A stretch of DNA of 64,000 nt. Origin: Alphaproteobacteria bacterium. GTDB lineage: Bacteria > Pseudomonadota > Alphaproteobacteria > GCA-2746255. Positions 1-9,353 of the stretch are shown in pieces (the stretch's first letter is position 1; each line of letters opens with the position of its first letter). A program made the translations under genes and the position numbers. The stretch covers positions 1,824,001 through 1,888,000 of the forward strand of contig OZ252220.1 in NCBI GenBank assembly GCA_965249135.1, written 5' to 3'. The notes beneath the pieces were generated by a model that searched no databases, had not been told where the DNA came from, and worked only from the letters and a program-made list of their open reading frames with translations.

Positions 1-1
1 G

Positions 2-313
2 CTGGTCGACCACTGGGACACGGCGGACAGCGTCGTCCCGGTCTATCCCGTGTACGATCGGTTCTGGCACAATGGGAACCCCGTCGCGCATGATCCACGT
101 AGCCTCGTCGGCACCCAGTTCATGGCGCCGTTGATGCGGGAAAGCGGCTTCTACGTCTTCAAGACCTCAGCGTTTGCTGAAGAAGACTGTCGCGTCACTG
201 CGCGGCGCCTATTCATTGAGTTGAGTGAGCAGGAGTGTGTCGACATCGACACCGAGATCGATTTTTTGCGCGCGGAATCAATGTTGCGGCGGCAACAATC
301 GGCACCGTCATGA
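2..313 (+). CDS. Acylneuraminate/ulosonate cytidylyltransferase family protein (NeuA-like), 5'-truncated by window
   Basis: Frame open from base 2 (LVDHWDTADSVVPV...). C-terminal E-S-G-FY and VDIDTEIDFLRAE match the CMP-Neu5Ac synthetase C-terminal DIDxxxDFxxAE motif. Stop overlaps next ATG (ATGA at 310-313). Confidence 0.7.
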   Translation: MVDHWDTADSVVPVYPVYDRFWHNGNPVAHDPRSLVGTQFMAPLMRESGFYVFKTSAFAEEDCRVTARRLFIELSEQECVDIDTEIDFLRAESMLRRQQSAPS

Positions 314-1398
314 CAATGCTGGATCGCATCGACATACAGGCGGCGCGGCACCCTTACTCCGTGCGGTTCTCCGAAACACCATTTGCCGGCCTCGTACCCG
401 CAACTTCCCCCCCGCGTCACGTCTTCATCGACCGGCGTGTCGCCCAGCTGCATCGCGCGCATCTTGGCGCCTTGTCTGACGCACGTTCCGTTCTGGAACT
501 CGACGCCACCGAAACCGCCAAGTCTCTCGATCAACTCACCGGCTATGTCGAGCACTTGGTGGCTCACGGCTTTCGCCGCGATCACCTGCTCGTCGCGGTG
601 GGTGGCGGGATCATTCAAGACATCGTAGCCTTTATCGCGGCCACCCTGATGCGGGGCGTCGACTGGGTATTCTATCCAACGACGCTGCTCGCGCAGGCAG
701 ATTCCTGTATCGGCTCAAAGAGTTCGATCAATGTCGGACAAGTCAAGAACCTTATGGGCTGCTTCTATCCGCCGCTGGACATCCAGATTTCGGTCGATCT
801 GCTCGCGACGCTCGACGCGGTCGACCGCCGGTCCGGAATCGGCGAAATCTTGAAGGTGCACATTATCGATGGCCCGGAGAGTTTCACCTGGGCATCCGAT
901 CACTACCAAGACCTACTGTCGGACGACGAAGTTCTTCGAGAGGGCATCGTAAGAGCGCTGTCGGTTAAAAAAAGATTTATCGAGGTTGACGAGTTCGACA
1001 CCGGTCTTCGTAGTATCTTCAACTACGGTCACACATTCGGCCACGCCATCGAAGCCGCCACCGACTTCGAGGTTCCCCACGGCATCGCGGTGTCGATCGG
1101 AATGGCCCTCGCCAATGCGATGTCCGTTGCGTTCGGCCGGATGTCGCGCGAGGACGAGAGCCGCATGCGGCCGACATTGGAGCAGAACGCTCAAGGATTC
1201 GGAGACGTGCCCTTGTCTATGACGACGTTCTTTGCGGCGCTCGCCAAGGACAAGAAGAACCAGGGGCAGCTCCAGACCGTCGTCTTGCCAGGGCTGGATT
1301 CACTCCCGGAGAAGGTTCAAGTGCCCCTGGATAAGACATTCAAGGATGTCTGCACCGGCTTCTTGGACGAGTCGAACCTGCTGACTCTCGCGAAATAG
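310..1398 (+). CDS. 3-dehydroquinate synthase-like sugar-phosphate cyclase (AroB paralog)
   Basis: Motifs GGGIIQD, PTTLLAQADSCIGSKSSIN, KNLMGCFYPP, EILK, FNYGHTFGHAIE, HGIAVSIGM, KDKKN. Start moved to ATG 310 because of the ATGA coupling. Confidence 0.85.
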   Translation: MTMLDRIDIQAARHPYSVRFSETPFAGLVPATSPPRHVFIDRRVAQLHRAHLGALSDARSVLELDATETAKSLDQLTGYVEHLVAHGFRRDHLLVAVGGGIIQDIVAFIAATLMRGVDWVFYPTTLLAQADSCIGSKSSINVGQVKNLMGCFYPPLDIQISVDLLATLDAVDRRSGIGEILKVHIIDGPESFTWASDHYQDLLSDDEVLREGIVRALSVKKRFIEVDEFDTGLRSIFNYGHTFGHAIEAATDFEVPHGIAVSIGMALANAMSVAFGRMSREDESRMRPTLEQNAQGFGDVPLSMTTFFAALAKDKKNQGQLQTVVLPGLDSLPEKVQVPLDKTFKDVCTGFLDESNLLTLAK

Positions 1399-1405
1399 CC
1401 CGAAT

Positions 1406-2377
1406 ATGAACGTCTTCATTTCCACGTTACCTTTTGGTGAGATCGACAAAGGGCCGCTCGAGTTGCTGGTCGAGGTCGGCGCTAAGGTCCTCGTCAACCC
1501 GACCGGTCGGAAGCTGAGGGATGGCGAAATAGACGCTTTCCTGGGCGACACGGATATTCTGATTGCCGGGACCGAGAATCTCGACGCTGCGAGCCTGTCA
1601 CAGGCCTCTCGTCTCAAGCAGATCAGTCGCGTCGGTATCGGCGTGGATTCCGTCGACTTGAATGCAGCGAGAACGCTCGGGATCGAAGTCACGAACACGC
1701 CCGATGGACCGACGGAGGCGGTGATCGACTTGGCGATCGGCCTGATGGTCTCGCTTCTGCGCAGAGTTCCAGAGGCTGATCGTTGTATCCGCAACGGTCA
1801 GTGGGATCGTCTGATGGGACGTCGGCTCGGGACATGCACGGTCGGCGTCATCGGAGTGGGACGGATTGGCGGTGGCCTAATCCGCCACCTTCGTCGCGCG
1901 TATCCCGGAATATATATCCTAGCCAACGATCCCGAGCCCAAGCCTGAGTTCGAAAACCTGTCAGATGTCGAATGGGTCGCCAAGTCCGAGATCCTAGAAC
2001 GCGCCGATGTTGTCACACTGCACGTTCCGCTGACCGACTTGACTCGGAACATGATCGATGGCGCGGCGTTGGCCAAGCTTCGACCCGACGCCGTTTTAAT
2101 CAATCTCGCCCGCGGCGGGATCATCGACGAGCAGGCGCTTTACGAATGTTTGAAGGCCGGAGAGATACAAGCGGCTGCGATCGACGTGTTTACCAAGGAG
2201 CCCTATCGCGGCGCGCTGGCCGAACTCGGCAACTGTCTTCTGACTGCCCACCAGGGGCCTTTGTCCGAGGACTGCCGCGCCTTGATGGAACGCCAGGCGG
2301 TGGAGGAAGCCGTTCGCTTCATCCGGGGTGAGCGCCGCCACAACGTGGTCGTGCCCGGCCGCCGAGCGGAGCCGTGA
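1406..2377 (+). CDS. D-isomer-specific 2-hydroxyacid dehydrogenase (phosphoglycerate dehydrogenase-like, no ACT domain)
   Basis: SRVGIGVDSVD, GVIGVGRIG (NAD binding), TLHVPLT, INLARGGIIDE, DVF.KEP and catalytic TAH motif. Confidence 0.85.
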   Translation: MNVFISTLPFGEIDKGPLELLVEVGAKVLVNPTGRKLRDGEIDAFLGDTDILIAGTENLDAASLSQASRLKQISRVGIGVDSVDLNAARTLGIEVTNTPDGPTEAVIDLAIGLMVSLLRRVPEADRCIRNGQWDRLMGRRLGTCTVGVIGVGRIGGGLIRHLRRAYPGIYILANDPEPKPEFENLSDVEWVAKSEILERADVVTLHVPLTDLTRNMIDGAALAKLRPDAVLINLARGGIIDEQALYECLKAGEIQAAAIDVFTKEPYRGALAELGNCLLTAHQGPLSEDCRALMERQAVEEAVRFIRGERRHNVVVPGRRAEP

Positions 2378-2447
2378 CCCGCACGCACGTGGACTCCCAT
2401 CCGCAGGAAAAGTAATTACGACGGAATGGCAACACACGGATCGTATT

Positions 2448-3767
2448 TTGAAATCTGACTCCATCGGTATCGAGCTTCATCGCGTGGCCGAAAAGCTATT
2501 CCCGATTTGCCGCAGCATTACGGGTGACGGTGTGCGGCAGACGATCGATGTGCTGAGCCGTAATTTCACGCCGTTCGAAGTTGCCGAAGTGCCCTCTGGG
2601 ACACGGTGCTTCGACTGGACTGTCCCCGATGAGTGGAACATACGTGGCGCGCGCCTGATCGCCCCGGACGGATCTACGGTCGCCGACTTCCAGGAAAACA
2701 ATTTGCACGTGGTCGGCTATTCCGAGCCGGTCGATGTCGAGATTGGACTCGAGGAGCTGCAGCAACACTTGCATTCGCTCGATGCGCTCCCGGAGGCGAT
2801 TCCCCATGTGACCAGCTACTACCGAAGGAATTGGGGATTCTGCCTACCTCACGGACAGCGGGAGCAATTACCGAAGGGTACGTATCGTGCCGTGATCGAC
2901 AGCACGTTAGCTCCGGGATCGATGACCATCGGGGAGTATGTGCTTCCAGGTGAGAGCGCCGACGAGGTCCTGGTGTCGTCCTACGTATGCCATCCGTCCA
3001 TGGCGAATAACGAACTGTCGGGACCGATCGTCGCAAGCGCCATCGGCCGCTGGCTCGGCGAGGAAAAACGGCGATTCACTTACCGCATCGCGCTCTTCCC
3101 GGAAACGGTCGGTTCGATCGTCTATCTCAGCCGCAGGCTGGAGCACCTGAAGCAACGACTGATTGCCGGGTTTCACCTCTCCTGCATCGGCGACGAGCGG
3201 GCCTATTCATTTATTGCAACACCGAGCACCGATACATTTGCCGACCGCGTGGCGCGGCATGTCTACAAGTCAATAGATCCGGGTGCTATCGAATACGATT
3301 TCCTCGATCGTGGCAGCGACGAACGGCAGTTTTGCGCACCCAATGTCGATTTGCCGGTCGTCACATTGATGCGGTCACGGTTCGGCAGCTTTCCAGAATA
3401 TCACACCTCACTTGACGATCTGACTCTGGTTACGCCCGCAGGGCTGGAAGGTGGGTTCTTGGCGGTAAAGCGCTGCATCGAGACCATCGAAGCCGCTTGT
3501 GTGCCGCGGGCCACGCGAACGGGAGAACCGCAGCTGCGGAACTACGAGCTTCGTCCTGATACGTCGACCCGTGATCTCGGCGACTTTTTTCGCCTCGTCA
3601 GCGATGTCCTTGCCTTTGCCGATGGACGCAGGGACTTGGTCGAGCTGAGCGATCGCATCCGGCGGCCTGCCTGGGAGGTGGTTTCGGTCATTGAGCACCT
3701 GGAATCCCATGGCCTCATTGAGCGCTTGCCGGGTACCCGGTCGGGCGGTGGTGTGGATGGTGGCTGA
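2448..3767 (+). CDS. DUF4910-type aminopeptidase-like (M28 fold) polysaccharide biosynthesis protein with C-terminal winged-helix-like segment
   Basis: LFPICRSITGDGVRQT, FDWTVPDEWNI, NNLHVVGYS, TSYY, CHPSMANNELSGP, GSDERQF, EYHTSLD. Start uncertain (TTG 2448 chosen; ORF open from 2328). Confidence 0.8.
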   Translation: MKSDSIGIELHRVAEKLFPICRSITGDGVRQTIDVLSRNFTPFEVAEVPSGTRCFDWTVPDEWNIRGARLIAPDGSTVADFQENNLHVVGYSEPVDVEIGLEELQQHLHSLDALPEAIPHVTSYYRRNWGFCLPHGQREQLPKGTYRAVIDSTLAPGSMTIGEYVLPGESADEVLVSSYVCHPSMANNELSGPIVASAIGRWLGEEKRRFTYRIALFPETVGSIVYLSRRLEHLKQRLIAGFHLSCIGDERAYSFIATPSTDTFADRVARHVYKSIDPGAIEYDFLDRGSDERQFCAPNVDLPVVTLMRSRFGSFPEYHTSLDDLTLVTPAGLEGGFLAVKRCIETIEAACVPRATRTGEPQLRNYELRPDTSTRDLGDFFRLVSDVLAFADGRRDLVELSDRIRRPAWEVVSVIEHLESHGLIERLPGTRSGGGVDGG

Positions 3768-3797
3768 GGGCGTCCGACACAGAAATGCCGAAAAATC

Positions 3798-4772
3798 ATG
3801 AGTGACGCGATTCAAGTCTATGTCGGGACCGACCGTTCGCAGGCTCTGGCGGTCGAAGTTCTAGCCTATTCGATCCTTCGTCACACAAACCGGACGGTTG
3901 AGGTCCACTCGATGCTCGATCTGGATATCCCGGCGCCGAAGGATATCCGGCAAGGTCAACGCACCGGTTTTTCGTTCGCGCGGTGGGCGATCCCCGAGCT
4001 CACAGGCTATCGCGGTCGGGCGATCTACGTCGACGCGGATATGCAGGTATTCAGGGACATCCACGAACTCTGGAGCGTGCCCATGGATAGTGCCAAGATC
4101 GCCGTTCTGGAACCGCAGCGCGAGACCGGACACAACATTCACCACAAAGCCAACGAGACCTCGGTGATGGTGCTCGACTGTGCCCGCTGCGACTGGACGC
4201 TCCAGGAACTGGTCGACGGATTGGACGGGCGGTACAGCTATGAGCAGATGATGTCGGACCTGCGTTTCCTTGGTGATCGCGACATCGCCCGGACAATTCC
4301 CGCGGACTGGAACCGGTTGGAATATTACACGCCGACCACCGGCCTGCTTCATTACACGATCATGTCGACGCAGCCCTGGGTATCGGCGCGCAACCCTCTC
4401 GCTCATCTCTGGATCGAGGAGGTCAGGCACATGATCGGGGAGGGGGCTCTTGAGATTTCAAAGATCAAACAGGAGATCGATCTCGGTTATTTCCGGCCAT
4501 CGTTGATGGTGGAAATAGAAGAGGGGCCAGTGAACAGCACGGACGATCGACGAATCCGCCAACTTGAAGAAATCGACCGTGCGGCGGGCTATGTTCCACA
4601 CCGCAGTGTCAAGGAATTCGACAGGCAGCGGGCCGCCACCGTGGCCGCATACGAACGCCGGTTGGCGCGCGAAAAAGGCGCGATGCCTTATGCCCGTTTC
4701 GTAGGCGCGGAAATGTTTTACGCTGGCCGGAACAAGGCCGCCGCCTTGAAGCGTCGTATCCTGGGCGGTTGA
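3798..4772 (+). CDS. GT-A glycosyltransferase, GT8-like
   Basis: VYVGTD...YSI, TGFSFARWAIP, DAD (DxD) motif, TSVMVLDC, WN.LE, LLHYT...QPW. Confidence 0.75.
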   Translation: MSDAIQVYVGTDRSQALAVEVLAYSILRHTNRTVEVHSMLDLDIPAPKDIRQGQRTGFSFARWAIPELTGYRGRAIYVDADMQVFRDIHELWSVPMDSAKIAVLEPQRETGHNIHHKANETSVMVLDCARCDWTLQELVDGLDGRYSYEQMMSDLRFLGDRDIARTIPADWNRLEYYTPTTGLLHYTIMSTQPWVSARNPLAHLWIEEVRHMIGEGALEISKIKQEIDLGYFRPSLMVEIEEGPVNSTDDRRIRQLEEIDRAAGYVPHRSVKEFDRQRAATVAAYERRLAREKGAMPYARFVGAEMFYAGRNKAAALKRRILGG

Positions 4773-4787
4773 GGAACAGTAACTCGC

Positions 4788-6719
4788 ATGTGCGGTATCG
4801 CCGGTTTTCTCCGTAGCGATGGGGGCCCAGCCCAAGAATTCTCCAGGGAACTCGATGTGATGGCCGACCTGGTGGCGCACCGGGGACCCGATGCGCGGGG
4901 CGCCTGGATCGATGATGTCGTCGCGCTCGGCCATCGGCGCCTGTCAATTCTCGATGTCAGCGATGCTGGTCTTCAACCAATGGAAAGCCGCTGCGGCCGG
5001 TACATGATCGCGTTCAATGGCGAGATCTACAATTTTCCAGAATTGCGTCGGACATTTCTCGATCCTGCCGGGATCGTTCCGAAGTCGGGTACCGACACCG
5101 AAGTGCTGCTTGAAGTTCTCGCCTGCCTCGGGCCGGAGCGAGCGCTTCCGCACGTCAATGGCATGTTTGCTTTTGCCCTTTGGGATCGCCGCGAGAGAAA
5201 GCTCCATCTGGCGCGCGACCGAGTGGGCATCAAGCCGCTCTATTGGGCGCGGCGCGGAAAGTTCGTTCTCTTCGCGTCGCAGCTCAAGAGTTTTACTGCT
5301 CATCCTGCCTGGACGAAGGAACTTTCGAATGTCGGAATCTGGGATTTTCTGCACCACACGAATATCGGCGAGGACCGGACAGCATTCGCCGAGTGTTGGA
5401 AGATGGAGCCGGCGCAGCATTTGATCATCGGGAGCGACGGCCACATTCAGAAGCGAAGTTTCTTTGATCTGGCGGCGCTGGCCGGCACGCGGAGAGACCG
5501 GGCTGCGGCATGGGGCTCCTATGAGGACGCGGTGGATGAACTCGACACGATCCTGCAGCAAGTCGTGCGAGACCAGTCGCGCGCTGATGTGCCGTTAGGC
5601 GCATTTCTATCCGGTGGCATCGACTCGTCGACCATCGTGGCGATCCTGCGGCAGGATCGGCCGGTCCACAGTTTTTCCATCGGATATGAGGAACCGGAAT
5701 TCGACGAGAGTGGTGACGCCCGGGAAATCGCCGGGCATCTTGGCACCGATCATACGGAATTCATTCTCACCCCCAGGCACGCGGCCGAGGTGATTCCGGA
5801 GCTTCCGTTCATCTACGACGAGCCCTTCGCCGATCCGTCGCAGATTCCGACGACGCTCGTTTCCAGGTTGGCGCGCGGTTCGGTTACCGTGGCGCTGTCG
5901 GGGGATGGTGGCGACGAGCTTTTTGCCGGATACGAGCGCTATGAGCAAAGCGTGGATATGTGGCGCTTTGCAGAGCGCGTGCCGAAGTGGTTACGACGCC
6001 CGATGGCTCGTGGGATCGGCAGTGTACCGCCAGTAGTCTGGAAGGCACTTCTTCGTCCTTTTCTGGCGGACGCAAGCCGAAGCATGCCGTATTACGCAAG
6101 GTTATTGCGCGAACCGGGCATCGCCGCCTACAACGAGCGGGCGAACTATCTTGGGGTGGGCTCGGCCTGTGCGATGGAGTCGCACTATGCATGCGAGACC
6201 GAGCGCCTGTTCCGCGCATCGTCGGACATGGGTAGCTCGCTTGATTCCTTGTTATATTCGGATCAGCGGCGCCGGCTCCCCGACTCGATGCTCACCAAGG
6301 TCGATCGTGCGAGCATGGCTTCGAGTCTGGAGATCAGAGTGCCACTGCTGGACAACAGGGTGCTCGAATTCGCCTGGTCTGTTCCCCGCGATTTCTTGAT
6401 CAGAGACGGCCGTCGTAAAGCGGTGTTGTGTGATGTTCTGGGTCGGTATGTGCCGCCGCCCTTATTCGAACGCCCCAAGAAGGGATTCCATGTTCCAATC
6501 AAGCTTTGGTTGGGCGGTGCGTTGCGGGAATGGGCGGAAAGCCTTTTGTCGGATCGGCTCAAGACTGTTTCGGCATTCCTGGACCGGGCTGTGGTGTACG
6601 ACATGTGGCGGCGTTACTTGGACGGTGATAGTGACCTGACGCATCCGATCTGGGTAGTTTTAATGTTCATAGCTTGGCACGCGAGCCTGGATGCCACCCC
6701 ATCGAGACGGGCGGCATGA
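4788..6719 (+). CDS. asnB: Asparagine synthase (glutamine-hydrolysing)-type amidotransferase, glycan-associated
   Basis: N-terminal MCGIAG nucleophile, HRGPD, LGHRRLSILD, FNGEIYN, FLSGGIDSS, SGDGGDELFAGY, KVDRASMA.SLE.RVP, RPKKGF. Confidence 0.9.
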   Translation: MCGIAGFLRSDGGPAQEFSRELDVMADLVAHRGPDARGAWIDDVVALGHRRLSILDVSDAGLQPMESRCGRYMIAFNGEIYNFPELRRTFLDPAGIVPKSGTDTEVLLEVLACLGPERALPHVNGMFAFALWDRRERKLHLARDRVGIKPLYWARRGKFVLFASQLKSFTAHPAWTKELSNVGIWDFLHHTNIGEDRTAFAECWKMEPAQHLIIGSDGHIQKRSFFDLAALAGTRRDRAAAWGSYEDAVDELDTILQQVVRDQSRADVPLGAFLSGGIDSSTIVAILRQDRPVHSFSIGYEEPEFDESGDAREIAGHLGTDHTEFILTPRHAAEVIPELPFIYDEPFADPSQIPTTLVSRLARGSVTVALSGDGGDELFAGYERYEQSVDMWRFAERVPKWLRRPMARGIGSVPPVVWKALLRPFLADASRSMPYYARLLREPGIAAYNERANYLGVGSACAMESHYACETERLFRASSDMGSSLDSLLYSDQRRRLPDSMLTKVDRASMASSLEIRVPLLDNRVLEFAWSVPRDFLIRDGRRKAVLCDVLGRYVPPPLFERPKKGFHVPIKLWLGGALREWAESLLSDRLKTVSAFLDRAVVYDMWRRYLDGDSDLTHPIWVVLMFIAWHASLDATPSRRAA

Positions 6720-7567
6720 TGCTGAAGACCGCAAAAAATTGCCTCATGACGGTGACCATAAGATTGGTAGAGTTTTTCTTTTCTATCGGCGGGCCGGAGT
6801 TGCTGCACAATGTGGGGCAACGATTCATCCGCACGAGCCGTCTTGGGCTTGGCGCCTTTCCCGTCGGTTTCCGGCCCGAGGAAGTCGAGTATTTTCGAAG
6901 CGATTCCGGAGAGCATTTCAAGGCGGTCCGTGACTATGAGCAGGCTCTCGTCGCTACGGGCTGTGAAAACACCGACAATTTCGCCAAACGGGCGCGCTAC
7001 CTCATGCTGCACCAGTTCGCGCATGCGGCATTCGACCGCCTCGGTGGCGAGGGTGAGATGGCGGAGTGTGGATGTTGGCGGGGACATTCAACCTTTATGT
7101 TGGCACGCATCGCGGAGGCGAGAGGAATTTCCGCATTTCACGTATTCGATTCCTTCGAAGGGCTTTCCGAATACGGCGAAAAAGACCAAGGGGGGCTGTC
7201 CCCGGCGGACCCGCGGCTCGCCGATGCGCGCCGACGGCATTTTGCGGCGGATATCGAAAGCGTCCGAAGGACGCTCGCGCCCTTCGATTTCGTACGTTTG
7301 TACAAGGGCTGGATTCCGGAACGTTTCCCCGCGATCGCAGACCGACGGTTCAAATTCGTCCATATTGATGTCGACCTCTATCGGCCCTACGTCGACTCGA
7401 TCGAGTTCTTCTATCCGAGGCTCCTCGAAGGCGGCGTTATCGTGTTCGACGATTACGGTTCCGCCGGCTTTCCAGGAGCGCGCAAGGCCGTCGACGAGAT
7501 GCGTGAGCGGTTTAAGCCGAGCCTGAGCCTCTACTTTCCGTTGGGCGGCGGCGCCTGGGTAAAGTGA
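6716..7567 (+). CDS. TylF/MycF/NovP-family SAM-dependent O-methyltransferase
   Basis: ECGCWRGHS, FDSFEG, KGWIPE.F, HIDVDLY, GGVIVFDDYG. ATGA coupling to the asnB stop. Confidence 0.8.
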   Translation: MMLKTAKNCLMTVTIRLVEFFFSIGGPELLHNVGQRFIRTSRLGLGAFPVGFRPEEVEYFRSDSGEHFKAVRDYEQALVATGCENTDNFAKRARYLMLHQFAHAAFDRLGGEGEMAECGCWRGHSTFMLARIAEARGISAFHVFDSFEGLSEYGEKDQGGLSPADPRLADARRRHFAADIESVRRTLAPFDFVRLYKGWIPERFPAIADRRFKFVHIDVDLYRPYVDSIEFFYPRLLEGGVIVFDDYGSAGFPGARKAVDEMRERFKPSLSLYFPLGGGAWVK

Positions 7568-7586
7568 CGTCCGGCCAGAGAGTGTC

Positions 7587-9350
7587 GTGCTGACGCTCGA
7601 TTTGTATGGTCCGGCCTATCAGGGCCGGTCGGGCAAGCCCGGCTTCGTTCTTCCGACGAGTACGGAAGAGCAGGAGACGTGGTTGGGCCGTGTCGCAAGC
7701 TTGCCGCCGCTCACAGAGAACGGTCAGCGCGACTTCCTCGCAGACTACCGCAGCATCATGGACGGTTTCGACGATGCCAATGCGCAATCGGATGCCTATT
7801 GGTACAGTGCCTTTGGTTCGAGGAATGCGCAGAATTCAAGCTTGTACCATGGATTGGAGCAGCTTTGGCGTCTCGATCAGCAATTGACTCGGTTGGATGT
7901 GCAGGGTTCACCGATCGGCCTGGTTATCCCGGAGCGGTGCATGCTGCAGCCAGTTCGACAACTGGCCCAGTTGCGTGGAATAAGGACGCAGTTACGGGAT
8001 GGATTTCCCGCGCATCGCTGGCTAGATCCATTGCGGCGCCCATGGGGGGCGCTCCGTTATCTGCTCATCTTGTGCGACTATGGGCGTATGCACGGCGACT
8101 ATGGGCCAGCCGGAAATGACGTACTCATCGTCACGGTGTCGGCAGATGAATTGCTGCGGCCGGAACGCTCCGTTCGCGATTTCATTTTCGGCGAATTGCC
8201 AGCCGACCTTGCGAAAGCAGGCTGCAAGGTGCTCATGGTGGCGCAACTGACGGGGCAGATCCAGTCGGCCGCCGGGCGCGCCCATACTCTGCCGCCGCCT
8301 CCCGTCAGGACGCTTGTCGACCTCGCCCGCCCGCGCGATGTCTTTTCCGCTATTTTGCGAGCTGCGGCGTGGCGCCCGGCGGTGGGCCGGGTGCGAAGCA
8401 GGCTGGGCATAGAGCTCTTGTCGCTATTTAGGAACGACGTGCAAATCTGTCGTTGGCGCGACCTACCTACGGCATTTCTTTTGCGCAGGGTTCTCGATCG
8501 GATGCTGGACCGAAACCCGCGGGCTGTGTTGGCTTATCCGTTTGAGAATAATGGTTGGGAACATGCCTGCCAGAGCGCTGCGCAGGCAAGGCACAGCTTT
8601 ACCGCGGCCTTTCAACACAATGCGCTCGTGCCATCTTCGGAGAAGATCTACGCTTCCCGCCGTCGCCCTCATCCCAATCGGATCATCGCCATGGGGCCGG
8701 CCGCAAAGACCATGCTGTGCGACAGATTCGACTATAGTGCAGAAGTTGTATGCGTCGGCTATGCTATGCGCCAATCTGCTGTCTATCGGCATGTTCCGAA
8801 GACCGCTGCGCCACAGACCGTAAAACGCATTCTTGTACTGCTGCAAGGTACGGCGGATTCGGTAGCGCTTATTAATCTGCTTGTCGACGCTTTTTCGGAC
8901 CGAGGAGGATTCTCGGTGACGTTCCGTCCGCATCCAGCCATCCCGCTTGCCGGACAACTCCAGAAGACCAAGCTTGCCGAGCTTCGACCCCCTTTCCTGG
9001 CTAGCAGTAAGAGTGACCTTTATGCCGATATACTCGACCATGATGTGGCGGTGTCCGCAGGATCTACGGCGGGTTGGGAAGCCGTAGCCCTAGGTGTGCC
9101 GACCATCCATGTGGACTTGGGATTTGCCGCGTCAAACAATCCGATGCTCGCCGAGCCGGCCCTGTGCCGTACAGCACACAATGCGGAGGAGTTAGTTGGC
9201 GCGTTACGGGACATCGCTGGACTCAGCGATAGCAAATTTAAGGCTGAAGCGCATCGAGCGCGCCGGTATTTTAAAGAATGTTTTTCCATGAAGAGCGACG
9301 ATGCCTTCAAACGGATTGTGGCCCTCTTTCCAGGCAACAGCGAAAATTAG
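7587..9350 (+). CDS. Uncharacterised glycan-biosynthesis protein with C-terminal GT-B-like half (QxxxD and HP motifs)
   Basis: 587 aa ORF, co-oriented and tightly spaced in the cluster. Motifs FQH, LVLLQGTAD, FRPHP, GSTAGWEAVALG. Confidence 0.6.
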   Translation: MLTLDLYGPAYQGRSGKPGFVLPTSTEEQETWLGRVASLPPLTENGQRDFLADYRSIMDGFDDANAQSDAYWYSAFGSRNAQNSSLYHGLEQLWRLDQQLTRLDVQGSPIGLVIPERCMLQPVRQLAQLRGIRTQLRDGFPAHRWLDPLRRPWGALRYLLILCDYGRMHGDYGPAGNDVLIVTVSADELLRPERSVRDFIFGELPADLAKAGCKVLMVAQLTGQIQSAAGRAHTLPPPPVRTLVDLARPRDVFSAILRAAAWRPAVGRVRSRLGIELLSLFRNDVQICRWRDLPTAFLLRRVLDRMLDRNPRAVLAYPFENNGWEHACQSAAQARHSFTAAFQHNALVPSSEKIYASRRRPHPNRIIAMGPAAKTMLCDRFDYSAEVVCVGYAMRQSAVYRHVPKTAAPQTVKRILVLLQGTADSVALINLLVDAFSDRGGFSVTFRPHPAIPLAGQLQKTKLAELRPPFLASSKSDLYADILDHDVAVSAGSTAGWEAVALGVPTIHVDLGFAASNNPMLAEPALCRTAHNAEELVGALRDIAGLSDSKFKAEAHRARRYFKECFSMKSDDAFKRIVALFPGNSEN

Positions 9351-9353
9351 GAC

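Noticed and set aside
310-2377. Housekeeping aroB and serA calls
   Set aside because: Divergent motifs, no aroK, no ACT domain and a glycan-cluster context, so gene symbols were withheld.
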